DNA of 64,000 nucleotides from Felis catus (lineage: Eukaryota), in assembly GCF_018350175.1 (NCBI RefSeq), contig NC_058369.1, forward strand, positions 12,526,001 to 12,590,000, written 5' to 3'. The notes beneath the pieces were generated by a model. The model did not search any database. It saw only the letters and a program-made list of their open reading frames with translations, and was not told the DNA's origin. How positions within the stretch are numbered: position 1 is the first letter of the stretch; every line of letters starts with the position of its first letter. A program made the position numbers and the translations under genes. Of the stretch, positions 51,442 through 64,000 are shown in pieces.

Positions 51442-53870
51442 ATGCTACTCTGAATTGTTGTACTATTGGGAGTTTTTGCAGTGAACTTTCATTCGAGAGA
51501 GTCTGGTTGCTATGAATGTTTGGCAAGCCCTGTGCTTTAAGGAGGTGTGATTTGTGAGAGATGCCCCCGCCAGGGCGGAGCCAGGCTGAAAGCCCCACTT
51601 TGCTGTCTTACGCTAAGCAGTACCATGTAACATTGCATCCAAACTGGGATACTTTTGAGAGAGAAGGGTCGCGCCTTGAACAATTACTCCTTGAGCCTTG
51701 AACAATTACTCCTTGAGGTGCCTGGGTGGCTCAGTCGGTTAAGCGTCTGACTCTTGGTTTCGGCTCAGGTCACGATCTCACGGCTCATGGATTCGAGCCC
51801 GAGTCAGGCTCTGTGTTGACAGTGTGGAGCCTGCTTGGGATTCTCTCTCTCTCTCCCTGTCTCTCTGCCCCTCCCTGCCTTTCTCTCTCTGTCAAAATAA
51901 ATAAATAAACTTAAACATATTTTTTTTAATACACAATTACTCCTGGACAGTTGAAAAAAAAAAATTGGACTGTCCCGAGATGATTGGAACGTACTTGCAG
52001 CAGGAATTCATTTATATTAAATTCCAAGGACTTTTTAAAATTGAGATGTAGGGGCGCCTGGGTGGCTCAGTCGGTTAAGCGTCCGACTTCGGCTCAGGTC
52101 ATGCTCTCGCGGTCCGTGAATTCGAGCCCCGCGTCGGGCTCTGTGCTGACAGCTCAGAGCCTGGAGCCTGTTTCAGATTCTGTGTCTCCCTCTCTCTCTG
52201 ACCCTCCCCCGTTCATGCTCTGTCTCTCTCTGTCTCAAAAATAAATAAACGTTAAAAAAAAATTTTAAATTGAGATGTAATTAACATAACGCTCTATCAG
52301 TTTCCGGTGTATGACATAATGATTCGATATTTGCGTGTTGCAAAATAAATTTAGTTAACATCCAGCCCTACACATAGTTACACGTTTTTTTTCTTGTGAT
52401 GAGAACCTTTTAAAAAAGATTTTATTTTATTATTTTTAAAAGATTTAGGGGTGCCTGGGTGGCTCAGTTGGTTGAGCGTCCGACTTTGGCTCAGGTCAGG
52501 ATCTCATGGTTCATGAGTTTGAGCCCCATGTCGAGCTCTGCGCTGACAGCTCAGAGCCTGGCGCCTGCTTCAGATTCTGTCTCCCTCGCTCTCTGCCCCT
52601 TCCCCACTCACGTTCTGTCTCTCTTTTAAAAAAATAAATAAACATTAAAAAAATTTTTTAAAGATGTATTTATTTAAGTTCTCTCTACACCCAACGTGGG
52701 ACTCGAACTCACAACCCTGATATCAAGAGTCGCAATGTCTACCAACTGAGCCAGCCAGGTGCCCCATGTGCTGAGGACTTTTGAGATCTATTCTCTTAGC
52801 AACTTTCAAACATACCGTACAATATTAATTATAGTCACCACGCTGGACATTACATCTCCAGAATTTATTTATCTTACACCTGGAAGTTTATAAGCTTTGA
52901 CCACCTTTGCCCATTTTCCCCACCATCCCTGTCCCCTGCCTCTGGTAACCGCAAATCTGTTTTCTGTATCTATATGTTCAGGGTCTTTTAAAATTTATTT
53001 TTGAGACAGAGAGAGAGCATGAGCTGGGTAGGGACAGAGTAGGGGTTGGGGAGAGAGAATCCCAAGCAGGCTCCACACGTGGAGCCCGACCCAGGGCTCA
53101 ATCTCACAACCACAAGAACGTGACCCGAGCGGCTACCAAGAGCCAACCGCTTAACCCACAGAGCCACCCAGGCGCCCCCATTTTTAACTTTTACTTTATT
53201 TTAAAAGTCTACGGACTTTTTATTCATTCGCTTAGCGTGAAAATGTTCCAGCCTATAGCCAAGTTGTAATACGAGGACAATGAACACACATTGGTTCACC
53301 ATCACGATTGAACAACTCTCCTAGCGCTGTCAGTCTTCTGCTAAACCACTTCAAAGCAAGGGCCAGGAATGGGGTGAGGACAGTGAGGCACAAGGTTTCA
53401 GGGAGCACCAAAAACCTCAGCCATCGAAGAATATTTTATTACTGTATTTTTAAAATCAACATGGATAAAAAATGCATGATGAACAAAATATCAACATTTT
53501 AAATTAAAGATGGGATTGGGGCACCTGGCTGGCTCAGTTGGTGGAGCATGGGACTCTTGATCTTGGGGTTGTGAGTTCGAGCCTCACATTGGGTGTAGAG
53601 ATTACTTTAAATTTTTTTTTAATCTTTAAAAAGAAAAAAGAAAAGATGGGATCTGACCCTGCACTTGAGTGAACTTGTCTCACCCTCATTTCGGCTCTGG
53701 TGATGTCAAGATATCTCACCCCCTAAATACATCAGGAGACATCTTTCAGGAATCAAGTCATTCTTGTACATAACCACACACTTATGAAAACTGACAATTG
53801 TGTTTTGTTTGCTTTTTTTTTTTTTTTTTTTTGAGAGAGACAGAGACAGCGCAAGCAGATTAGGGGCAGG

Positions 53871-53922
<52 letters not shown>

Positions 53923-54931
53923 CCCAAGCAGAGCCCAATGCAGGGCTCAAACTCACAAAACTGTGAGATTATGACCTGAGCCGAAAGCAAGAGTCAGATG
54001 CTTAACCCAATGAGCCACCCAGGTGCCCCAAAAATTGTTACTTAAATATCTTTCCGTAGGCATCCTAATTTTCCTAATTAACCTTAAAACATCTTCTATG
54101 GCGGTTTCTTTCAAACTAGGACCCAATCAAGATTTGTTCACGTGTTGCATGTGGTTGCTTTGTCTCTCCAATATCTTACATTCTAGAGCAGGAGTCAGTA
54201 AATCAGCCTGCAGGCCTGCCACGTATTTTTGTAAATAAAGTTTTATTGGAACATGGCCATACCCGTTTATTTACATATCGCCAGCGGCAGCTTTCATTAG
54301 TGACGCAGAATGTATGGTTCCAAAAGCCAAAAATGTTTGCCATCTGGCCCTTTACAGAAGTGTGCTGATCCTGGTCTTAAGGGCTTGATTCGATTCAGGG
54401 TAACCTTTTTTTTTTTTTAAACAGACTTTTTAAAGCAGTTTTAGGGGGCACCTGCCTGGCTCAGTCGGAAGAAGAAGCAACTCTCGATCTCAGGGTTGTG
54501 AGTTCAAGCTCCATGTCAGGTATAGAGATTACATAATTTTTTTTTACTTCTTTTTCATTTTTATTTATTTTTGAGAGAGAGCGTGTGTGCATATGCATGC
54601 CAGTAGGGGAGGAGCAGAGAGACAGGGAGAGAGAGAGAATTTCAAGCAGGCTCCACACTGTAAGCACAGAGCCAAACACAGGGCTTGACCTATGAACTAT
54701 GAGATCATAACCTGAGCTGAAATCAAGAGTCATACACTCAACCGACTGAGCCACCTATGCGCCCCTACTTAAATTTTTAAAAGTTTAAAAAAAAAAAAGC
54801 AGTTTTAGGTTCACAGGAAAATTGAGTGGAAGGTACAGAGATTTCCCATGAACCCCCTGCCTCAACACATGCACAGCCTCCCCTACTATCAACTAACTTA
54901 GTTACACTTGATAAACCTACGTTGACATACA

Positions 54932-55998
54932 TGTTAAATAAGAAACAAGGGTGCCTGGGTGGCTCAGTTAAGTGTCTGACTCTCTCTTTTTTTTAATGTT
55001 TGTTTATTTTTGAGAGAGAGAGAGACAGACAGAGACAGAGCATGAGTGGGAGAGGAGCAGAGAGAGAGGGAGACATAGAAACCGAAGCAGGCTCCAGACT
55101 CTGAGCTGTGAGCACAGAGCCCGATGGGGGGCTCGAACCCACAGAATGCGAGATCGTGACCTGAAGCTGGAGTCAGGTGCTTAGCGGACTGAGCCGTCCA
55201 GGAGCCCCCATCATCTGACTCTTGATTTCAGCTCAGGTCATGATCTCATGGTTCGTGGGTTCAAGCCCCACATCGGGCTCCATGCTGACAGTGAAGACCC
55301 TGCTTGGGATTCTCTCTCTGCCCCTCCCCTGCACTCTCTCTCTCAAAATAAATAAATACTTGGGCGCCTGGGTGGCTCAGTCAGTTAAGCGTCTGACTTC
55401 GGCTCAGGTCATGGTCTCGCGGTTTGTGAATTCGAGCCCCGCCATGGGCTCTGTGCCGACAGCTCAGAGCCTGGAGCCTGCTTCGGATTCTCTGTCTCCT
55501 TCTCTCTCTGCCCCTCCCTCACTGTGCTCTGTCTCTCTCTCTCTCTGTCTCTCAAAAATAAATAAATGTAAAAAAATAAAAATAAAAAATAAACTTAAAA
55601 AAATAAAAAAGAAACAAGGGACCTATAATAGAGTCACTTGTGCTAAACCTCACATCAGCAAACCAAGACTTAATCCCTAATTTAAGAGCACTGTAAGCCC
55701 CTCCCAGGACTGTAATCTTAACCAGTAGGTCTGGAATTTCCTGGTCAGCACTAGTGAGGTAATCCACTTGATAGACTCCCTCCATCCCCCAAAGAAAGAT
55801 AAGATTATCTGGTTTTTGTTTTTTGGTTTTGTTTTTTTTTTTTTTTGCCCCCTTCTATCTATAAAATCCTTCCATTTTTTTTACAGCTCCCTGGAGCTCC
55901 TTTCTGTGTGCTAGACAGGATACCGCCCAATTCTTAAATTGTGGAATAAAGTCAACTTGATCTTTAAGTTTAATCAGCTGAATTTTGCTTTCGTAACA
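54932..55998 (+). mobile_element. ERV1-like solo LTR interrupted by nested SINEs
   Basis: TGTTA...TAACA termini; TATAAAA 55860-55866; AATAAA 55945-55950; SINE cluster ~54950-55610 flanked by aagaaacaaggg; no clear TSD. Confidence 0.6.
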
Positions 55999-56803
55999 CA
56001 TCGGAATCACAAGGTAAGCACTTGTGGCAAGACCACGTTGTAAAAGTGACATGTGGCTGCCTAACAAAGCACCACAAACTTAGCAGCTGCGAATAACAGC
56101 CACGTACGACCTCATCGTTTCTGTGGGTTATGAGGCCAGGCTCACTGTGGTTGGGTTCTTTCTTTGCTCACTCACGAGTGTTAGCCAGGCTGGTATCTCA
56201 TGGAGCGGCTCACAGCTCTCAGGTTGTTGGCAGAATTAAGCTCCTCGCTGTAGGACTGTGGACCTCAGCTCCTAGAGGCTGCCTCTGTCCATAGGCATCC
56301 ACGACATACCCGGTTCCTCTTTCAAGGCTGGCAGGATAGCATCTTTCCACTGTCTCAAGGCGCTGACCTCCAGATTGTCCTTTAAAGGTTGCCCCTGATT
56401 AGGGCAGGCCCACCCAGAATCTTCTCCCTTCTGATGAACTCGAAATCAACTCAAGGGGACCTTAAACACACCTGCAAAATCCCTTCACCTTTGCCATGCG
56501 GCGTGACCTACTTGTAGAAGTGACATCCATCATACTCACAGGTCCTGCTCACACTCCAGGATGGGGGATTCGAGGGGGTGCACATACCAGAGGTGAGACT
56601 CTCCAGGCCCGTTTTAGAATTCTGCCACAACGTGTGATTCTGGACTTTGGAGATTTTGGTGGTGAAGTTTGCCACCTGGAAAGGCTTAGATTACTTCAAA
56701 ATAGTTACCTTTTGATCATGTCTTTTTAACCTTGCCAAAAGACTGTCCAAAGAAAGACCTACCTATGAATCTTACCATAATGCTATTAAGTTTGTGAAAT
56801 GGT

Positions 56804-57030
56804 GGGGCGCCTGGGTGGCGCAGTCGGTTAAGCGTCCGACTTCAGCCAGGTCACGATCTCACGGTCTGGGAGTTCGAGCCCCGAGTCAGGCTCTGGGCTG
56901 ATGGCTCGGAGCCTGGAGCCTGTTTCCGATTCTGTGTCTCCCTCTCTCTCTGCCTCTCCCCCGTTCATGCTCTGTCTCTCTCTGTCCCAAAAATAAATAA
57001 AAACGTTGAAAAAAAAATTAAAAAAAAAAA
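56804..57030 (+). mobile_element. Young Felidae CanSINE
   Basis: TSD aagtttgtgaaatggt. Several dozen other CanSINEs in the window are not listed individually. Confidence 0.9.
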
Positions 57031-59001
57031 GTTTGTGAAATGGTAAGGAAATTAGTGTTGGTCTAGTGCAATTGGCAACGTTAAGAGCTTTCATTCAATC
57101 TGTGCAGATGAGAACAACAAAGAAAAGAAGTTAGCATTTTTTTTTTTTTAACGTTTATTTCTTTTGAGAGAGAGAGACAGACTGGGGGAGGAGCAGAGAG
57201 AGAGGGAGACACAGAATCGGAAGCAGGCTCCAGGGTCTGAACTGTCAGCATAAAGCCCGATGCCGGGCTTGAACCCACGGACTGTGAGATCATGACCTGA
57301 GCCGAAGTTGGAGGCTTAACAGACTGCCACTCAGGCACCCCAGAACTTAGCATTTTTTACGCTTTATAAAAATAAGAACGAAAGATGTCTGTGGACGAAA
57401 GACGTCAGCTGGCTGTCTGCATACAAACGTGCAGGCCCGCACAAACACCCGAGGTGAAAACCTGGGTTGCCGTCTCCCGTTCTCCAAATGAGTGAGGGCT
57501 TCCTCAGGGAGATCTGTAAAAAGAATGGAAAACTAAAAGTGATCCTTGAAATGTGAATAGACCCACCCTCCTCGGAGGCGAGGAGGCATAGCGTGAGGAC
57601 CCCGGTGGGTGTCAAAAGCCCACACGTGCAGTTGGTACTCTAGGACAGTGACTAATAGGTTGCCAGGAGGCGTTGGTGTGAAAATGACTGTCCAGACATC
57701 TGGCGGCCTCAAAGGGTTCAGGCCCTCTTAGCCGATGTTCATGCAGGAATGCGCTGAAACTGAGCTGACTCCCTTTCTGGGCTGGGAGCCACGAATCCTG
57801 GAGGCTTGCTTCCTCCTCCTCCCCCCCCCCCCCCCCCACATCTACCAGGCACCACACACAGTCTCTCTGCCTCACCTTCTGAATATTGCTTCCTTCCACC
57901 CCCTCCTCTCCACCTCCACAGCTCCCCTCCCTGGTCTAAGCCACCAACCTCCTTTGCCTAAATGATGAAACAGCCTCCCTGCACCCTGCCTGGCTTCCCT
58001 CCCATCACTTCCCTGCAGAGCGGCCCCGAGCACTCGCTTCCAAATTCAAAGCTGTTCAAGCAGCAGCTTGCATAAAACCCATTTATACCATGCTTTATAC
58101 CGGCGCTGGATGCCAAGACCGAAATTTGTAACTCATCCCATGAGGACGAGTGCTCTGCCTCTGCTGGCCTTGCCCTGCTTATCCTGCCCCTCCCTGCCCC
58201 CACTGCCACCCCCTGACTCCTCTGCACTCCCACAACACCGGTGTCTCTGTCTCTCTCTTTCTAAGTTCAAGTGCACCACGTTCCTTCCCATCGAGGGGCC
58301 CTTACACAGCTGTTCCTCCTGACTTTCATGGCGAATGCCCACACACCCGTTAGAACTCAGCTGGAGTGTCACCTCCTCCGGGAAGTCTTCCTCATCCCCG
58401 GCTAGACTGAGTTAAATCCCCCAGGGTGGCAGGTAGTGTTTTCCAAAAATGGTCACGGCAATATTTCCCGTCCCCTATCCTATTCCAGAATCTGGCCACT
58501 GCCCAGGTTCTGGAGTCCGTTTGCCTTCCTTTTGAATTTGGGAGGGACTTTGTAATGGCTACAATGGAAATGATTCTGTGTGACTTCTGAGGCCGGGTCA
58601 GAAAAGGTGATATGGCTTCCACCCGGCTTGCTCGCTCCTCTTGGGACAAGGGTTCTCAGAACCCAGCTGCCAGGATGCTCAGGGTGTGTGTAGGGGCTGC
58701 AGGTAGGTGCTTCTGGCAACAGCTGTCTCCACCTACAGCCAGCGGCAACTGACAGACATGTGGGTGAGTAAACCCTCCGAAGATTCCAGCCTCAGCTTTC
58801 CAACTGCCCGGCTGACACGGAGGGGCCAGCGAAGAGCCTTCCCTGCCAAGCTGCCCGAATTGCAGGTTGCAGAGCAAATAAACGTGGTCATTTCAATCCT
58901 CTAAATCTTGGGGGGGTTTGTTACACAGCCACAGTAACTAGAGCATAGTAACTGTTACACTTGTACCTTCTCTTTTGAAGTACCTGAGACAGTTCAAACT
59001 A

Positions 59002-59005
<4 letters not shown>

Positions 59006-59043
<38 letters not shown>
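59006..59043. repeat. (TG)n microsatellite
   Basis: Seen directly. Confidence 0.9.
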
Positions 59044-59044
<1 letters not shown>

Positions 59045-59850
59045 TTATTCGATTCCCATCTTTCCTGAAAGATGGAACCTTCTGTGAAGGCAAAAGCCTC
59101 GCCTGTTTTGTTCACCATTCTAATCCTGACACGGAGCCTGGCAAATGATGGGCTCACTGGCAAATGATGGACTCACTACTCTTGGCTTTCCTGCACCTCC
59201 TCGCACATAAAAAAGAGATGCCATGTGGTCATTGATTGAATGTTCATTCATTTGATAAACGTTCATAGATGGGGCTCCATGTCAGGGATTTGTGTCAAAG
59301 GTGAAGCACAAAAAGGTGATGTACGGGGGACGGGGGAAGACAGAGGAGGGGTCAGGTCGTGTTCTGAAGGGTGCATAGGTGTTTTCTGAAGAGACAGAAC
59401 TGGGCTTCTGACCAGGCAAATGGCGTGTGCTGATGCATGGGGCCAGGAAGCAGCCAGGTTGGGCTGACCTTGACAAGAGGTTCTGCACAGGGAGAGGGTG
59501 AGTAGAAAATTCTGCAAGAAAAGGTTTGTAAGGGCCAGGTTCTTATGGCCTTCAATACTGCACATAGGTGCTTAGATTCCATCTCACAAGAAATAGGATG
59601 ACGTTGGAGGTTTGAAAGCAGCTGTGGAATGATCCCAGTTCTGAGAGCACCAGGGCTAGGAAAACTGGTTAAGAGGCTCCTGAACTGGGGGCACCTGGGT
59701 GGCTCAGTCCGTCAAGCGTCTGACTTCCTCTCAGGTCATGATCTCACGGGGTTGGTGAGCTCTAGCCCTGAGTCAGGCTCTATGCTGACAGCTCAGAGCC
59801 TCCAGCCTGCTTTGGATTCTGTGTCTCTCCCTGTCTCTACCCTTCCCCCG

Positions 59851-59894
<44 letters not shown>

Positions 59895-60586
59895 CTCTCT
59901 CTCTCTCTCTCTCTTAAAAATAAATAAACATTAAAAAAAAGAGAGAGAGAGACTCCTGAACTGGTCACTGGGTAAATGATGGAATCAGGACTAGAGAAGT
60001 GAAGAGAGAAGTGGAACTAAATGAATAGCCAATTAGCAAAAATGCACTTCCCAAGGCCCCCTGTGGTGCTGTGTGCCCATGCCCCATTGTCGCATCAACC
60101 CTATAAAGCAGGGGTCCACTAATAGTTTTCAGTAAATATATCAGGGCCTGCACATCTTAGGATCTGTCACAGCTGCTCACCCTGCTGTCGTAGTGCAAAA
60201 GTAGCCACAGATGATAGGTACACGAGCGGGTGTGCTCGCGTTCCAGTAAAATTTTAATTTACAAACACTGAAATTTGAACTGAAGAAACTTCACGTGTCA
60301 CGAAATAGTCTTCTCTTTTGATATGTTTCCAACTTTAAAAAATGTAAAAGCCATTCTGAGGTTTGCTTGCGGAGCCGGACAAAAACAAGCGGCACGTCTC
60401 GGTTTGCTCTCTCCTGCTATATAAGGAATTGGTTAGCGTTTCAATTTTAGCAAGATCCCGGAGCAAGTCCCTCAAGGAGCCACGCCCCTCGCGACCTCAC
60501 CAAGCCCCGCCCCTCCGGGAGGAGCCTGCGCATGCGCGGCCGGCCCTCGGGCGGGGGCGGGGCGGGCCGCGGCTCCGACTTCCAAC

Positions 60587-60700
60587 ATGGCGCACGCTGG
60601 CGGCGGCGGCAGCGGCGGCGGCGGCCCCGCGGGCCGGGGACTGAGCGGCGCCCGCTGGGGTCGCTCGGGCTCCGCGGGCCACGAGAAGCTGCCCGTGCAC
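60587..60700 (+). CDS. SIN3B: SIN3B coding exon 1 (MAHAGGGG...HEKLPVH)
   Basis: Kozak aacATGG; donor CAC|gtgagt; matches the SIN3B N-terminus. Confidence 0.95.
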
Positions 60701-60945
60701 GTGAGTGCTGTCCCTGCCTTCCCTCGCGAACCCTGTCGTCCGGCCCCCGCGGGCCGATGCCCCTCGCCCGGGCCCCGCCCGGCCCCGCCTCGGCCTCCAC
60801 TCCGCACAGTCCCCGACCCCAGTCCCCTGACCCCTTACCTCGGCTGCTCTGAGGCTCGGCCCGCCCCCCTCCCCGCCAGAGACCCTCGTCCTCCGTCCCC
60901 TCCTCCGCCGACCCCCGCCCACTGGGACCCTCTCCCTCCTCGCAG

Positions 60946-61052
60946 GTGGAGGACGCCCTCACCTACCTGGACCAGGTGAAGATTCGCTTCGGCAGCGACC
61001 CCGCCACCTACAACGGCTTCCTGGAGATCATGAAGGAGTTCAAAAGCCAGAG
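60946..61052 (+). CDS. SIN3B: SIN3B exon 2, first half of PAH1 ([15 protein letters not shown]...KEFKSQ)
   Basis: ctcgcag|GTG ... AG|gtaccc; Sin3 PAH1 sequence. Confidence 0.96.
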
Positions 61053-62320
61053 GTACCCGCTGGACCCCTCCCCACCCCAGGGGGGGCGGCCCTGGGCCGC
61101 GATCCGGCTGAGCGGGGTGGGAACCCCCATCCCGGTTTGCCTCTCCGCCCCAGTCGGGTGACCTTGCGCAGGTCGTGGAACCTCTCAGAGCCTCCTTCCT
61201 TCTTAAAAAAAAAAAAAAAAAAAACGGGAGTGGAGAGTACCTCCCCTGTGGAGCTGTTATGGGGATTCCTGGAAGGAGAGCAGGGATGGGGTTAGGAGAC
61301 AGTGGGAGAGAAGTCCACAAGTGCACAGTGCGGTCCTGTTTTCACTGAAAATGATTTTTCAGTGAATTTTGTTCGTCAAGAATTTTTTAAAATTAATTTT
61401 AATTTTTTTAAGGACTACATTAAAAGGCTGTTTATCTTGATCATTGAGCGTTTTGGAGCCCTCTCCCTGCCCCCCGTTAAATCTTGTCATCAAGGTACCC
61501 TAGTCCCTGGCCTGTTGGAAAGTAGTGTGCATAAAATGCTTTGTAAAGGGCCTGGCACATAGAAAGGGTTTAAAACACATTAACTGATTTTGTGGGCACA
61601 CAGGGGGGTTGGAGATAGATGGGGGACCTCGAGACCACGCCCTCATTTGACAGGGGGCTCACTTGGACTTACAGGGGGCCAGGGGCTTGCCCAGACTAAA
61701 TTTAGGGGTAGTCAGGACTAGAATTTCCGCACTCTGACTCTTAGGTCCCCGCTGGTCACATCCCCACCATGCTGCTTCCCCCTCTTGAGGAAATGTGATA
61801 GGGCTGGCCTGGTTTCCTTCCAAGAGAGCCATGCTAGGGTCTCGAGGGAGCCCCAGGGCAGCCATGACGGAGACCCCTGGCATCGTTGTGCAACTGACAC
61901 TTGCATTGCCTTTGGTATTTATGCCTTGCCATCACTTGCTGGGATCAACACCGGTGTCATAGTTTATCGCATTGCTTAGAGGGCTTTGGCCTCCTCCCTC
62001 TTCCTGGAGTCCCGGACTTCCACTCGGCTCTCCTGACATCTTCAGAACCGGATGCATGTGCTTGGAGTGTTCTGGGGAGCTGTGCCATGCAAATGCCCTG
62101 TGGTTCTCACTAGGAGGGCACAGCAAGCCGGAGCCTGGCTGCCGTGGACGCAGATCACACATTACACGTTGGCTGAATCACACCCGGTCACACTGCAGGG
62201 TGCCTTGTTGTCCTTCGAGAAGCTCGTTAGGTGGCGCCGTGAAGGGAGTTGGGAGTGGATTTCGCTTTCGGCGTGCTCCCCGAGACACTTGTGCCCACTT
62301 CTCATTCTTTTCTGTTCCAG

Positions 62321-62474
62321 CATCGATACTCCCGGAGTCATCCGACGCGTGTCGCAGCTATTCCATGAACACCCTGACCTCATTGTTGGATTCAACGCCT
62401 TCCTTCCCCTCGGGTACCGAATAGACATTCCCAAGAATGGCAAGTTAAACATACAGTCGCCTCTGTCAAGCCAG
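62321..62474 (+). CDS. SIN3B: SIN3B exon 3, second half of PAH1 ([14 protein letters not shown]...GFNAFLP...SPLSSQ)
   Basis: gttccag|C ... CAG|gtatgc; the gene continues beyond the window. Confidence 0.96.
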
Positions 62475-64000
62475 GTATGCCGCTGCAGGGGTTTGAGGGA
62501 TCTGGCCTTAACGTGGCCCATTCTGGTACTCGGTCCCCAGGCCCGGTGGTGCGTCTTGTGTCTTACGTTGTGGGAGAGTCAGCGAAGAGCCAGTCTTTTT
62601 CCAGATCTGCTGCTCGCTTCTAGCACAGGGCAGAATAGATCAAAATACCTCCACTGCCTGCCTCTTTACCCCCAAATCAATGGATCCATTTGGAGGATTT
62701 AAATCAAGAGTGGATGTGTGTGCTTGTGTTGGAGGTTGGGCGGGGGGGCGCATTCTCTTAACAGTTTTATGTCCTGTCAGAATAACCATCCACAGTCACC
62801 AAGCTCTTGTCCTGAGGCTTTCCCTGTGAGCGGGCTAGGCAGGCCACACTTGGACTTAGGCACGTGGTCTCTGGGCATCCTAGGTGCCGCCCACAAAATA
62901 AAGCAGTTGCGATGCGGGTGTGAATAGCCATGTCAGTGTCGCCGTGCCGCATTTAATTACCAACAGGGCCGCTGGCTCAGACAAGGCTTGTGGCTTTTGT
63001 TCCTCCTCTATCCCTGCAGTCCGTTCTTGCCTGAGCTCACCAGACCCCCTGAGAAAATGAAAGCCTACGTGAGCTTTACTTTCATAAAGTAACCATTGTC
63101 TTTTTCTCCACCTTGGCCCTGTTGCCATAATGCTGTGCTCTTGGTGGGGGGGGGGGGCACCTGGTGCATTGGGGATGTTTGGAAGCATCCCGGCACTCCA
63201 CCCACTAGGCCCTCACCCAGTGGCAACAGCCAAAAGTGTCACCAGACGTCGCCAGATGCCTCCTGGGAGCAAAATCGCCCCCATCGGGAACCACTGGTGT
63301 GTGTGAACCCGCTCTTCCAGCCTCTTCTCGCTCTGCCCCAGGGGTTTGGGTTTTTAGCGGGGAGCATAAAACATTGACCACAGGAAGCATTTGGTTGGTT
63401 TCTTGGTTTCGCCTGTGATGAAAGAGTCAGATTTGGAAAGAGAACAGCCAGACGCAGTGTGACAGTGACAGCCCTCTCTGAGAGCGAGGTTTTAAAAAGG
63501 AACTTGGGAGCGTGTGGCCGCTGAACTCCAGAGCCCTTCCCTTTCGCATTTACGAGTGGGGCCCCACGATCCAGACGTAAGGCTCGTGGGTCCAGACAGC
63601 GCAAGCCTGAGTGGGATTAATCTTCGGAACTGTCACAGCTGGCGAGGAGACCAAGCTCATCTGCAGCGGTGTGCACGGGAGCACTTTGACGAGTCCGAAG
63701 CGCCATATAAACACAGGGTGTCATTGCCATCACTCACGAAGAAAGAGCCGAGGTCGAAGACCTAAATTGCGCTCCAGGTGTGGAAATCGCCTCTCTCCAT
63801 CCCCAACCGTTGGAGGAACCCTGCTCGCGGGGCTGGATCTCCGTGTGAACCTGCACGGTGGTTACATTTGGAGGCCGTCCTTCCCGGAAAACAGCCACAA
63901 GGCCCTTGGTGTTGTGTTCACTCCATGGAGAGCTGTTACGGAGAGAGCGAGGCCAGCCCAGCCCTTTCTTCCCCGTGACTTAACAGCTACTTAACCCGGC

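Larger units (their letters stand above)
60450..61180 (+). promoter_or_regulatory. SIN3B CpG island and promoter
   Basis: Very high CpG density; NRF1 motif TGCGCATGCGCG 60527-60538; SP/KLF boxes CCACGCCC, CCCCGCCC and GGGGCGGGGCGGG; YY1-like AACATGGCG over the start codon. Confidence 0.85.

Noticed and set aside
13433..57353. Recurrent short ORFs such as MAQSVKRPTSAQVMIS...
   Set aside because: Translations of CanSINE bodies, not a gene family.
60418..60424. TATATAA upstream of SIN3B
   Set aside because: It lies upstream of the GC-box and NRF1 cluster, at the edge of a repeat remnant, so it is unlikely to be the core TATA box.
60447..61326. Antisense ORFs across the SIN3B CpG island
   Set aside because: Stop codons are rare in very GC-rich DNA; the peptides are Arg/Gly/Pro low-complexity with no other support.

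Overview
Mammalian genomic DNA, almost certainly a felid, judging by the dense Felidae-type CanSINEs and carnivore L1. There is no prokaryotic content. The window holds the last 15 coding exons of NWD1 (NACHT/STAND ATPase plus WD40 repeats, + strand, 562-49190, about 1398 codons in one open frame with GT-AG junctions) and its probable 3' UTR. A repeat-rich intergenic stretch of about 9 kb follows, then the CpG-island promoter and first three coding exons of SIN3B (60587-62474, +). Most ORFs in the supplied track are artefacts of SINEs, microsatellites or GC-rich antisense frames. I found no new multi-gene system. The observations most worth checking are: a C-terminal CaaX motif on NWD1, with a competing splice acceptor that would remove it; two independently inserted L1 3' fragments with the same 5' end; two locally templated insertions, one fused to a doubly truncated L1; an antisense solo LTR with five CCAAT/GC-box repeats; an LTR plus splice donor upstream of SIN3B; and a SINE inserted in an NWD1 splice acceptor. 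Gene and repeat family names come from my recognition of the sequences, not from database searches.
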